From an uncultured delta proteobacterium (lineage in GTDB: Bacteria; Myxococcota_A; Polyangia; Polyangiales; B10-G4), in NCBI GenBank assembly GCA_963727445.1, contig CAVSGI010000020.1, forward strand, positions 128,001-192,000: DNA of 64,000 nt. Direction: 5' to 3'. Of this stretch, positions 20,079-29,821 are shown piece by piece; positions within the stretch are counted from its first letter, which is position 1, and the number at the start of each line of letters is the position of its first letter. A program made the translations under genes and the position numbers. The notes beneath the pieces were generated by a model. It worked only from the letters and a program-made list of their open reading frames with translations, did no database searches and was not told the origin of the DNA.

Positions 20079-21248
20079 ATGTCGTCCGACTCGTCGTCGA
20101 CGCTCAGATCCCTCGCGGTGGCCGCGTCGCTCCTGATGGCAGCCGCGGGGCTGTGCGGGTGCGAGGCAAAAGAGACCCAGCTGGTCGTCGTCACCTATAC
20201 CGATCTGTCGGTTCCAAGCGAGATGGATACCTTCGAGCTCACCGCCGAGGGACCGAGCGGAATGATGGCCAGTGAGCGCGCCTCGCTGGCAGGGCCGGGC
20301 GCGCCCGACTCCCCCTTCACAGTCGGGCTCTATCCCACGGGAGATTCGCTCGGCCCGATTACGGTCACCGCGCGCGGCCTGCTCGGATCCACGGAGGTCG
20401 TCGCAGCTTCCGCGCGCACCGCTTTCGTCGAGGGCGACAGCCGCGTGCTCACGCTCTTTCTGTCGCGCGCGTGTCGCGCCGTGTCGTGCGGTGCGGGCGA
20501 GACCTGCGTAAACGGCACGTGCGGCTCCAACGACGTCCCCGCGGCCACGCTGCCGCCGTTCACGGGCGAGCTCCCCGAATTCGACGCGGGCAGCGGGCCC
20601 ATGGACAGTGGCGCGATGGACGGAGGGCCGACGGACGGCGGCGTGGACAGCGGCGCCAGGGACAGCGGCGCGATGGACAGCGGAGCGACGGATGGCAGCG
20701 CCATGGACAGCGGCGCCATGGACGGTAGCGCCGTGGACAGCGGCGCCGATGGTGGGACCGATGCGGGGGACGCGGATGGAGGGAGCCTCTGCGATCCGAG
20801 TCATACCGCGCTACCGACCGCCGGCCCCCTCGACTTCACGGGCCTTCTGACCAACACCGATCCGACGTTCCATCGGCCGAGCTCCGGCAGCATCTGCCCC
20901 TCCGGCACGTCCGGCGACGATTACGCCTACGATGCGTTCACGTTCTGCAACGACGGCCCCACGGGCGACTTCGACATCTTGTTGCAAGGCACCGAGTACG
21001 ACGCGTCGCTGACGCTCGCCGATCCGTTCCTCGTGGTCTACGACGGCGACGCCGTCCCGAGCGATCCTGGCGCCTGTCTCGCTGAGAACGACGACGCTGC
21101 GACCATGGGCTCCATGGTCGTCGTCACCCTCGACCCCGGACAGGTCATCACCGTGACGGCGACCGCGTGGTGCTCGGTCACCGACCGAGAGACAGTATGT
21201 CCCACTGGCGGCTACGGATCGTACTTGCTGCGCGTTGGACCGCATTGA
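20079..21248 (+). CDS. Lipoprotein with N-terminal beta domain, DSGAM repeat linker and PPC-like C-terminal domain
   Basis: LCGC lipobox; VVVTYTDLSVP; LSRACRAVSC; DPFLVVY..CLAENDD..GSYLL. Confidence 0.75.
   Translation: MSSDSSSTLRSLAVAASLLMAAAGLCGCEAKETQLVVVTYTDLSVPSEMDTFELTAEGPSGMMASERASLAGPGAPDSPFTVGLYPTGDSLGPITVTARGLLGSTEVVAASARTAFVEGDSRVLTLFLSRACRAVSCGAGETCVNGTCGSNDVPAATLPPFTGELPEFDAGSGPMDSGAMDGGPTDGGVDSGARDSGAMDSGATDGSAMDSGAMDGSAVDSGADGGTDAGDADGGSLCDPSHTALPTAGPLDFTGLLTNTDPTFHRPSSGSICPSGTSGDDYAYDAFTFCNDGPTGDFDILLQGTEYDASLTLADPFLVVYDGDAVPSDPGACLAENDDAATMGSMVVVTLDPGQVITVTATAWCSVTDRETVCPTGGYGSYLLRVGPH
20601..20750 (+). repeat. Coding 15-bp tandem repeat (D-S/G-G-A-M pentapeptide, about 10 imperfect units)
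   Basis: gacagcggcgcgatg-like units. Confidence 0.85.
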
Positions 21249-21364
21249 CGCCGACGCTCTTCGCCAACCGCGAAGGAGATGCCGCATCCGTAGCTTCCAA
21301 CCGGACGTCACTCGACGGATGATTTCAGTGGCGCGCCTCACAAACCGTGCGATCCAGTCGCGCC

Positions 21365-21928
21365 ATGAGACGGCTCTTGCCGAGCGCGTTGGGGGGGCGG
21401 CTCCGCGTGTTCGCCGATCATCGACGGGCGTCGTTCGCGCTCCAGGCCCATGGCACGGGGTACTTCGACACCGCACCGTTCGCTTTCGAGAACTCGTTCG
21501 TCACGACGGCCGATCCCGAGCGCACGTTCGACGCGATCGTCGACATCGATGCCGAGCGGGAGTGGTTCCCGGACTTCTCCGACGCCGCGTGGCTGACGGC
21601 TGAACCTCGAGGCGTCGGGAGTCTTCGCGACTATCGCCTGACGTACATGCGTCTCACCGAGCACTTCCTCGTATGGGATCGCGGCGTGCGCGTCGCCTTC
21701 GAAGTGACAGAGGCGTCGCTCCCCCTGGTGACGGCCTTCGCCGAGGACTACGTGCTCACCCCGATGCCGAACGCCGGCACGCGGGTCGATTGGCGCGTGT
21801 GCTACACGCCCAACCCGAAGCTGCTGCTCTTCCACCCGGTGCTCCGACCGATCTTCGCCCGGGACTTCCGTCTCGCGGCCGCGCAGCTCACGACCTACTG
21901 CGATCGCCTCGCGAGCTGCGCGGCGTGA
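21365..21928 (+). CDS. SRPBCC (polyketide cyclase/START-like) family protein
   Basis: EWFP..WLTAEPRGVGSLR..EHFLVWD..FAEDY..GTRVDW pattern. Confidence 0.8.
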   Translation: MRRLLPSALGGRLRVFADHRRASFALQAHGTGYFDTAPFAFENSFVTTADPERTFDAIVDIDAEREWFPDFSDAAWLTAEPRGVGSLRDYRLTYMRLTEHFLVWDRGVRVAFEVTEASLPLVTAFAEDYVLTPMPNAGTRVDWRVCYTPNPKLLLFHPVLRPIFARDFRLAAAQLTTYCDRLASCAA

Positions 21929-22159
21929 GCGACCGGCCCAGGGGGTGCATCTCAAGACCGCTTCGGCACAGACCCCGACCAGCCTCGACGCGGCGGTCGA
22001 CTCGAGCCGCGGGGTGGTCGAGCGGTCGACGATCGGAGCCTGCGTCCGGCGGTGAACCGGTTATCCTCGCGAGAATGGGTCGCTCCAGGGTCGAGTCCGT
22101 TGCGCGGAGGGAGGGGCGAGGAGCTGGTCAGGCTGTAGGATCGGCGATAGAGGCAACCC

Positions 22160-22807
22160 ATGGGCTTCTACGACCACCGCTGCGCGCTGACCGGGCTCTC
22201 GCTGTTGGGCCAGCGCTGCGATCTCCTCTTGCTCCGCGTCACCTCCGGCCGCGTCGAGCCCTTGTGGGGCGCGGTAACCGGTCCGTACAACCGGCTCGGC
22301 ACGATCGACGACGCGCCTGACCACGCGCGAGACGTCGCGCTCCTCTCCTCGAGCTGGGATGATCTCGTGGCGGCCGGGCGCCTCACTCATGCGGGCGACG
22401 CCGTCGCGCCGGCCCCGTTCTTCGATCGGTTCGAGCCCAACCGCCACATCGTGAAGATCGATGGCCACCCCGTGGACGTGACGCTCTTTCATCACCGCAT
22501 CATCACGTACCTCGTCGAGGAGCACGAACCGCCGGACGACGTGGACGAGCTCTTTCGCCGCGCCTTCCCCCAAGGCACGGCGCTCACCGCCACCGCGCCG
22601 GACGGCGTAGCGTCCGGCCTGCGCAGGCTCGTCGCGCTGAGGCACCACCTGGGGAGCCGTCCCTTCCCTCGGCTCGGAAACGCGGCGCAACACGGCCCAG
22701 ACGACGTCGCCCGGTCCATCCGTGACGCCCGCAAGCGCGCGCCCGCCCTCCGCGAGGCGATCGATCGCGCCGAGGCCGAGGACTACGGGCCGCGCTCACT
22801 CGCGTAG
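22160..22807 (+). CDS. Hypothetical protein
   Basis: RBS-like GAGG upstream; MGFYDHRC..GPYNRLGTID; coding-like composition. Confidence 0.7.
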   Translation: MGFYDHRCALTGLSLLGQRCDLLLLRVTSGRVEPLWGAVTGPYNRLGTIDDAPDHARDVALLSSSWDDLVAAGRLTHAGDAVAPAPFFDRFEPNRHIVKIDGHPVDVTLFHHRIITYLVEEHEPPDDVDELFRRAFPQGTALTATAPDGVASGLRRLVALRHHLGSRPFPRLGNAAQHGPDDVARSIRDARKRAPALREAIDRAEAEDYGPRSLA

Positions 22808-22899
22808 CGGGCATCGAGGCCGCGCCGCACATTGGGATTCGGATCCTTCGGATGCGGGCCCGTGGTCGTCCCGTACGTCCGATTCTCAGGGCTCCGGTG

Positions 22900-23060
22900 C
22901 CGACATGACGGCCGCGATCTCGCTGACCGAGAGGGCGCGCCGGTAGTTGCGCTTGCGCGGCGATGGTCACCCGCACCGAGCGCAGCTCCTCGCCGGGTAT
23001 CCAATCGGTCTGCAGATCGACGAACACCGTGCCCGACTCGGGGTCCGGGTCACAGGCCCG
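22900..23060 (-). pseudogene. Remnant of a VDLxTDxxPG-type lipoprotein N-terminus
   Basis: Reads ACDPDPESGTVFVDLQTDWIPGEELRSVRVTI, matching the N-termini at 12414 and 37381; in-frame stop just upstream. Confidence 0.6.
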
Positions 23061-23105
23061 AGAGCGGCGCCGCAGTCACTCGAGGCGTCGGCCGTCCGCC
23101 TGACC

Positions 23106-23645
23106 TCAGGTCCCCAGCATGCAGTCCCGTAGCGGCTGCAAGTCCGCGGGCGTTCGGTCGGTCCAGGCGATGTCGTGCCAGACGTCGGGCATGTCGGCGA
23201 TGTCGCAGCTGAGCATCGAGTTGCGATAGTCGACGTCCATCACCATCCACTCGAAGAGCTCCTGGACCATGCCGACCGTTTGCGGGCACGACGCGAGGCG
23301 GACACCGACGACGGAGCAGCCTTCCGAGAACACGGGCACGTCTCCCGTCGCGTCGGTCGAGACCGATGCGTAGAGGGCGAGGCTGTCCTCACACCGTGCG
23401 GGATCCTCGCTCTGGAGTGCCTGGCTGACGGATGCGAGCCGGACGAGGTCGGAGTTGTCGTTGACCCATGCGCTTCCCGCTTCGCAGAGCGCGATACCGT
23501 CCTCCTCGGAGAGAGAGGTGAGCGCCGTTTCGGGCGGATACCCCGTGTCCACCCCAATGCCAGGGGTCGCCGCCATACCCCTGGTGTCGTTGGTACAGCC
23601 CAACAGCGCGACGGCCAACGCGAACATCGATGCGAATCTGGTCAT
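23106..23645 (-). CDS. Hypothetical lipoprotein
   Basis: MTRFASMFALAVALLGC lipobox; several Cys residues. Confidence 0.7.
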   Translation of the reverse strand: MTRFASMFALAVALLGCTNDTRGMAATPGIGVDTGYPPETALTSLSEEDGIALCEAGSAWVNDNSDLVRLASVSQALQSEDPARCEDSLALYASVSTDATGDVPVFSEGCSVVGVRLASCPQTVGMVQELFEWMVMDVDYRNSMLSCDIADMPDVWHDIAWTDRTPADLQPLRDCMLGT

Positions 23646-23862
23646 TCGAAACCTCCGCCCTCGACTTCGCAAGCGACGCGCCAACGAAAAAGGGCGTGTG
23701 CACGCCAGATCGTGTGTGCAGCGAGCTGCACGGTGTGCATCGTTCTCCCCACGTGAAGGCGACGCGAGCCGAGGTCTCAATCGGCGGGGCCGCGTCCAAA
23801 AGACGAGGGCGTGGTGGTCGACGCGAGTGGAGGCCCCGACGCCAGCCTCGATGGCGGTAGGC

Positions 23863-24597
23863 TCAGTGTCCGCGCATGAAAGCACGGATCTCGTCGAGCG
23901 GCGCCCGTAGCGGTCGCTCGGCGGCTCCACAGATCAGCTCGTCGCGCTCGAGTCGGTCGCACTTGGGGACGCGTCCCATCCACCGAACGAGCGCGGTGTG
24001 ATTGCAGTACTCGTTGTAGTCGGTGCTGTTGCGCTGGGCGACGAGCTTCCCCTCGGGGTCGAAGAAGCGCAGCTCGTAGCGATGGATGTCGCCTTGGAAG
24101 TAGAAGTACTTGAACTCGCCACAACGCCCCACCTCCGCATGCTCGCAATAGACCTGGCGGTCACCGCCTGCGCCCAGGGCGCTCCGAAAAGCTTCGAGGT
24201 TCTGATCGAGGGTGATGCATGGCCCGCTTTCAGCGTCGGCCTCACACGGGAGGGGGCGGCGACAGAGGCAGCTCGCCTGGTCTTCGGGATCGCCACACAA
24301 GAACTGGTAGCCACTGATCGTCGGTGTGGGGCCGTCCGGACCGAACATCTGCTCGGCGGGAAAGGCGGACTCTGGCGCGATCCGAATGCCGGCGGCGGCG
24401 AGCTCCGCGTTCGTGTAATAGCGATCGTCCGCTGGTTCGGGGGGCGCCTCGACCGGCGCCGGCTCGGTCGTAGGCGGCGGCTGGGTCGTGGTGAGCGGCG
24501 CCTCGGTGGTGGTCGCGGCGCTCGCACCCGTCGATCCATTGTTGTTGGAGGAGCTACAGGCCGAAAGGACGATCACCGCCAGGCAGAGCCGCGTCAT
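23863..24597 (-). CDS. Hypothetical lipoprotein with Thr/Pro linker and Cys-containing domain
   Basis: VLSAC lipobox; TTTEAP linker. Confidence 0.75.
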   Translation of the reverse strand: MTRLCLAVIVLSACSSSNNNGSTGASAATTTEAPLTTTQPPPTTEPAPVEAPPEPADDRYYTNAELAAAGIRIAPESAFPAEQMFGPDGPTPTISGYQFLCGDPEDQASCLCRRPLPCEADAESGPCITLDQNLEAFRSALGAGGDRQVYCEHAEVGRCGEFKYFYFQGDIHRYELRFFDPEGKLVAQRNSTDYNEYCNHTALVRWMGRVPKCDRLERDELICGAAERPLRAPLDEIRAFMRGH

Positions 24598-24682
24598 GCG
24601 GCTACTCTACATCGGGAGGGAGCGCCGACCGCGAGCGCACAGCCGGGAATTCCGAGTCACCAGGTGGTAACATCGAACCGGG

Positions 24683-26548
24683 ATGTGGAATCTCGCTCGG
24701 CTGATGTGGCTAGCCGCGCTTCTAGCGCTCGGGTGTGGACGCATCGAGTTCCAACACATCCCGATGGACTCCGGGATGGACGCCCCGGCGGTCGACAGCG
24801 GCGCGCCGGACGCGCCGGCGTGCACCGTCGACGCCGACTGCGGCCCGTGTGCCTCGTGCCGCGCCGGGACGTGTGCACCGACCATCGACGGTACCACCTG
24901 TCCAGGCGGCGTCTGCACTGCTGGCACCTGCTGCACCGGATGCGTCTCGGGAACTACCTGCGAAGCGGGCACCGCGCCCGAAGCGTGTGGAAGCGCAGCT
25001 TCCATGTGCGTCGCGTGCGCCGCATGTGAGACCTGCAACGCAGGTGCGTGCGGCCCGGCCGCGGACAGCACCCCTTGCGCTACCGGCGTGTGTGTTTCCG
25101 GCGCCTGCTGCACCCCGTCCTGCGGTGGGAGCACCTGCGGCGACGACGGCTGCGGCGGCTCGTGCGGGGCGTGCGCGACCGGGGAGCGATGCGAGAGCGG
25201 CGCTTGCGTCGCGACGTCCTGCAGCACGGACACGGACTGCCTCGAGTGCGAGACGTGTTCGGGGTCGGTCTGCGTGCCTCGCGCCGAAGGGGCCGGGTGC
25301 ACAGCGGGGACGTGCCACGGTGGCACGTGCTGCACCGGCTGTTGGGATGGGGCAGCATGCCGCGACGGCACCGGCGTCGGCGCGTGTGGCGCGGAAGGCG
25401 GCGCCTGCGGGGCGTGCGCCGGGTGTGAGGCCTGCGATGCGGGTGCATGCACGCCCGCGGCGGATGGCACGACCTGCTCGTCGGGTACGTGCATGAGCGG
25501 GGCTTGCTGTACTGGTTGCTGGGACGGCAGCGCGTGCCAGGGCGGCACGGCGCTCGGCGCATGTGGGACGGGCGGCGCTGCGTGCACAGCGTGCGGCGAA
25601 TGCAGCGCATGCACGAGCGGCGCGTGCACGCCCGCGACGGATGGAGCTGCGTGCACCGGCGGGACATGTGCGTCGGGCGCTTGCTGCACGGGTTGCCGGT
25701 CGGGGAGCATGTGCCTCGCCGGCACCGATCCGTCAGCATGCGGCGCGACGGGGGCGAGCTGCACCGCATGCACGGTTCCGCCGCACGCGTCCGCGACATG
25801 TACGAGCGGCACCTGCGACTACACCTGCACAGGCACGTTCGCGGACTGCAACGGCGTCGCCGGCGACGGCTGCGAGATCGACACGGAGACGAGCACGAGC
25901 AACTGCGGCGGCTGCGCCATGCCGTGTTCGGTGGGCCAGGTTTGCAGCGCCGGCGCCTGCGTCACGGCCCCCGACGCCGGGGGCGGGTGCGTCTACACCT
26001 GCAGCGTCGATGTCGCTTCGACGACCACGGACTGCGCTGGCGCGATCACGGGAGCGTTCGGTGTGGGCCTCAACCGCGATCGCTTCACGGCGACCGTCGA
26101 CATGGGCGGCCTCACCGAGCTGACCCTCAGCGTGACGATCTGCGACCCGACCGGGTTCACGGTGCACGTCGCCGACTCGCCGACCTGCGACGGCTTCGGT
26201 GGAGACGCCGCCACTTCGTCGAACGACGCGGAGGTGCAGCTCAGCGGCACGACGCTCGGGGTCTACGCCAATCAAAATGCCTCGCCCCCCTCCATGTTGC
26301 TCTACTCCGACGCCGCCTTCGTGGCGGCGAGCGGATGCACGATGTTCACGTGGACGGTGCGCGATCAGTTCTTCGGCGCGGACGTGGGTTCGGTGTCCGA
26401 GGCGTCCCCCTACCTGCTGCGCATCGATCCCCCCACGGACACCGAGGGTGTTCCGGACGCGCTGTGGTATGTGGGCTTGAATCGGTCGTACGGCTCGACC
26501 GCACGGTCAGGCACCGGCGTGAGCACCGCGACCCTCTGCGTCCGCTGA
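24683..26548 (+). CDS. Cysteine-rich repeat lipoprotein with globular C-terminal domain
   Basis: LGCGRIEF lipobox; repeated CCTGC..ACG..CxxC units; DCNG..DGCE..NCGGC module. Confidence 0.85.
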   Translation: MWNLARLMWLAALLALGCGRIEFQHIPMDSGMDAPAVDSGAPDAPACTVDADCGPCASCRAGTCAPTIDGTTCPGGVCTAGTCCTGCVSGTTCEAGTAPEACGSAASMCVACAACETCNAGACGPAADSTPCATGVCVSGACCTPSCGGSTCGDDGCGGSCGACATGERCESGACVATSCSTDTDCLECETCSGSVCVPRAEGAGCTAGTCHGGTCCTGCWDGAACRDGTGVGACGAEGGACGACAGCEACDAGACTPAADGTTCSSGTCMSGACCTGCWDGSACQGGTALGACGTGGAACTACGECSACTSGACTPATDGAACTGGTCASGACCTGCRSGSMCLAGTDPSACGATGASCTACTVPPHASATCTSGTCDYTCTGTFADCNGVAGDGCEIDTETSTSNCGGCAMPCSVGQVCSAGACVTAPDAGGGCVYTCSVDVASTTTDCAGAITGAFGVGLNRDRFTATVDMGGLTELTLSVTICDPTGFTVHVADSPTCDGFGGDAATSSNDAEVQLSGTTLGVYANQNASPPSMLLYSDAAFVAASGCTMFTWTVRDQFFGADVGSVSEASPYLLRIDPPTDTEGVPDALWYVGLNRSYGSTARSGTGVSTATLCVR

Positions 26549-26661
26549 CCGCCGATAGGCGCCCTCCGCCAGCTCGACGGTGCCAGGAAGCGTCGTCGCG
26601 CCGATGGTGATCGACGAGCTGCTTCTTTCCCGTTGGCGCCGAGGTGTTATCCTGGTGTTCG

Positions 26662-27096
26662 ATGAACGAAGACCGCGCGGGGATGCTGCTCACGGCGCTT
26701 CTCACATTTGGCGTCGGGTCCATCTTGCTGGCGTTGGCTGTCATTTTGTGGCGACGCACCCGCAGCTTCCTCGCGGTGGCGGTCGATGCCGACGGCACGA
26801 TCATCAATCTCGCCACCGTCAGGACGAGTAGCGGCACCGGCTACCGCGCGATCGTGGAGTTCGATACGCACGACGGCCGCCGCGTTCGCTGGCGCGACAA
26901 GGTGACGAGCGATCCCCCGGTCGGTCAGTGCGGCGAGCGACTGCCGATGAAATACGATCCAGCCAATCCTCAGAATGCGCGCATCAACCTTCCTTCTCGT
27001 CTGTGGTCCGCGCCGCGCTCGCTCGGCGGTCTCGCGACCCTCCTCTTCGGTGTCGGCATCTGCTTCGCCGTCATAGCCGTCTTCTTCTACGATTAG
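26662..27096 (+). CDS. DUF3592-like membrane protein
   Basis: N- and C-terminal TM helices; ADGTII..YRAIVEFDTHDG..YDPANPQNARI. Confidence 0.8.
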   Translation: MNEDRAGMLLTALLTFGVGSILLALAVILWRRTRSFLAVAVDADGTIINLATVRTSSGTGYRAIVEFDTHDGRRVRWRDKVTSDPPVGQCGERLPMKYDPANPQNARINLPSRLWSAPRSLGGLATLLFGVGICFAVIAVFFYD

Positions 27097-27279
27097 GGCG
27101 TCGAGCACGACCTCGGGGCGGTGCGCTCTCAGCCGTCGTTTCCGGGCGAACTCGAGGGATGCCTCCCTCTCGACATCCTCGACGAGGCTCGAGGGTGGGG
27201 CGAGCATGATGGGAGCGTTCGCAGGGACACAGCTCCCAGACACCAGTGGGTGGTACGATGGGGCGATCTCACACCGCCG

Positions 27280-27460
27280 ACCTGCCCTCTCTTCTTTGGC
27301 GCGTGCGCAGGCGCGACACCGACCTGCACCGGCACGGGCGGTTGGGCCGGGTGCACCGCTGCGACCTACCGGGGCCGATTACGAGCCCACCGAGGCGGGC
27401 ACGACCTGCGATGCGCTCGACAACGACTGCGACGGGCTCGTCGACGAAACGTGCATTTGA
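27280..27460 (+). pseudogene. Remnant of a MopE-related/putative metal-binding repeat protein
   Basis: CPLFFGACAGATPTCTGTGGWAGC in one frame, continuing as YEPTE..CDALDNDCDGLVDE in another. Confidence 0.6.
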
Positions 27461-27733
27461 ACGTCAGCAGCCCCGCGCGAAATGTAGGCCATCACATGGC
27501 GCGCGTGCCCTCGGGGCTCCGCCTTCCGCCTTCCGGTACCGATCACCGCTCAGCAGAGCACGGAGTCTCCGAGAAGGCAGACGACCGCCGTCACGTCGGG
27601 GAGACGGCGCGCTCGCGAGAGCGCACGGGCCCCGCCGATGTGCGCTGCGCGAAGCGCAGTCAGCTCCGTATCCGCGAGAGAACTGCCGCGGCACGCACGT
27701 TGCGTGCGCTCCCCTCGAAAGGAGCTTTCACCA

Positions 27734-28459
27734 GTGCAACATCCAATCCCCATTCTGGTCGCGCTCTCTCTGTCGGGCTGCACCATCTTCGCGCGTCACG
27801 ATACCGGCCGTCCCAACGCGTCGGCCTCGGCGGGCGCCACCGTCGGATACCAAACGAGCGCCACCCTTGGTTCCACCACCGCCTCACCAACGACCGAGAC
27901 CGTCGTCAGCGCGGAGGACTCCCCTGCTCGGGTCGTCGCGAACGCACCGCGCCCGCTCATCGATGGAATGCTCTTCGAACCGCCGAGAGCTACCGCCGCT
28001 GAGCAGTGCAACGGCATGGACGATGATGGCAACGGTGCCATCGACGAGAGCTGCGGACTCGAACGCGGCGACATCCAAATCGTCCTCAGCTACGACGCAG
28101 ATGCCGAGATCTACATGGAGGTCGAATCGCCGGTTGCCGGTCATCGCGTCAGCTCCACTTCCAACGACGTCGAGCTCGGCGGTCGCTTTCAGCGCCTCCG
28201 TGAAACGCGTTGTGAGTACGGCTCGCCCATGGATCGCGTTGACAATGCGTATTACGTCGGAGAACGCGTTCGCCCGGGAACCTACCGCGTGAAGGTTCGG
28301 TTCTACAGCACCTGTGGTGAAGACCTTCGTCAGGCCGACGTGAAGCTCTCCATCGCCGTCGGCGGGCGCAGCATAGGCACCTACCGCTGGGTGGAGAAGC
28401 ACGAGCCCTTCGGACGCAACGAGAGCCACGCCGTGCTCGAGTTCGACGTGGAGACGTGA
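27734..28459 (+). CDS. Lipoprotein with CNGxDDDGNGxIDE metal-binding motif and YfaP/DUF2135-like domain
   Basis: LSGC lipobox; EQCNGMDDDGNGAIDESC; DIQIVLSY..VDNAYY..PGTYRVKV. Confidence 0.7.
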   Translation: MQHPIPILVALSLSGCTIFARHDTGRPNASASAGATVGYQTSATLGSTTASPTTETVVSAEDSPARVVANAPRPLIDGMLFEPPRATAAEQCNGMDDDGNGAIDESCGLERGDIQIVLSYDADAEIYMEVESPVAGHRVSSTSNDVELGGRFQRLRETRCEYGSPMDRVDNAYYVGERVRPGTYRVKVRFYSTCGEDLRQADVKLSIAVGGRSIGTYRWVEKHEPFGRNESHAVLEFDVET

Positions 28460-28650
28460 TCGCGGCCTGGTCGTCGGGAATGGTGGCTCGAGGGCTGAGC
28501 TGTGGTTCGTCGGGCGTCTGCCAATGCGCGGGGGGCACCTGCGTGATTCCGGGCGGCACGATCGGCGCGGCTCCGCGACGACGTCGGAGGAGCCTGACAG
28601 TCCGGTGTTCACCTCGGTGCACGTGTGACGCGTGTCGCTCGATCCGCTCG

Positions 28651-29568
28651 TCAGGGCAGCATGATTCTGCCAGGCGCCATCATCGCTCCGTCGACCGTGT
28701 GGCAGCCGTTGCAGTCCCCATCGGTCTGCGGCGTGGTCATCGCGCGGGAACGTCCCTCGAAGAGGACGCGGGCGGTGTAGGGCATCACGATCGTCGCGGC
28801 CCAGGTCTCGACGAGGAAGTTGCCACGCTCGTTCACCGGTATGCGCGTCACGGTACCCATGGCGTCCGTGATCTCCACCGTAGCCCCGGTCGCGGCGAGC
28901 GTCGCGCATCGATCGGGCTCGTGCGCCGTCGGATAGACCGTGCCGCCGATCGCGAGTGAAGGCCCTTCACGTTCGCGCGTATGGCACGAGATGCACGCGC
29001 CTCCCGGTTCCATGAGCGGGCTCTCTCCACCGCCGCTGACCATCATGCCGCTCGTGCAGGTGAGCGGGGTGTCGTAGGGGTCCGGCACCGCCGGCATCTC
29101 GGTCGGCGGTGGCAGTGCGCTGCAGTCGGCCGCGGGCATTCCGCCTGCGATCCAGTCGCTGAAGATGGCGACGCTCGGAGCCGGCACCCGAGCGTAGGGC
29201 GCAGGCGGCATCGGCGACGCGTCGAGCTGGATGCGAGCGAGCGCGCGTTCTGCCACGGTCGCCGACGGGTCGGCGGGCGACGGGGCGGTCAGATCCTCGT
29301 GCGTCACCAGTGACAGCGGAACGCCGCTCAGGGGGACGCTTCCATGGCAGCCGCGGCAGCTCGACGCGAGGATGGCGTCGACCCCGCACCAGCCATCCGT
29401 CGAGGGCGTCGCGGGCGGGCTCGTCGGCCCGGTCCCCGGCGGGGGCACGCCCCCGCCGTCGGACTCCGCGAATCCCGACCCGGGGGGCCCGCTCATCTCG
29501 GCCGCGTCGTAGATCGTGCCGTCCGCACACGCAGCGAGGAGGAGCAACAGTGCAAGCGACGACCGCAT
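28651..29568 (-). CDS. Triheme c-type cytochrome lipoprotein
   Basis: LAAC lipobox; CRGCH, CISCH and CNGCH heme motifs. Confidence 0.85.
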   Translation of the reverse strand: MRSSLALLLLLAACADGTIYDAAEMSGPPGSGFAESDGGGVPPPGTGPTSPPATPSTDGWCGVDAILASSCRGCHGSVPLSGVPLSLVTHEDLTAPSPADPSATVAERALARIQLDASPMPPAPYARVPAPSVAIFSDWIAGGMPAADCSALPPPTEMPAVPDPYDTPLTCTSGMMVSGGGESPLMEPGGACISCHTREREGPSLAIGGTVYPTAHEPDRCATLAATGATVEITDAMGTVTRIPVNERGNFLVETWAATIVMPYTARVLFEGRSRAMTTPQTDGDCNGCHTVDGAMMAPGRIMLP

Positions 29569-29821
29569 GACGGGCTAGACAAGCAATCTGCGATCCCGCC
29601 CGTTCTCGCCATGATTCCGCGCTCGCCGACGTACGACGGACGTACACCGGGCGAAAAGAGGCGTCCTGCGTTGCCGATTGGCCGCTCAGAAGTCGTCGCC
29701 GACGCGACCGTCGACGGCCGGTTCCCCTACCGTGAACGCGTTCGGCTACGATACCCGTCCGTGGTTCATCGATTGTCGTGTGCGACGTCGCTGCTGGCGG
29801 CGGGCCACCCGGAGGCTCTGC

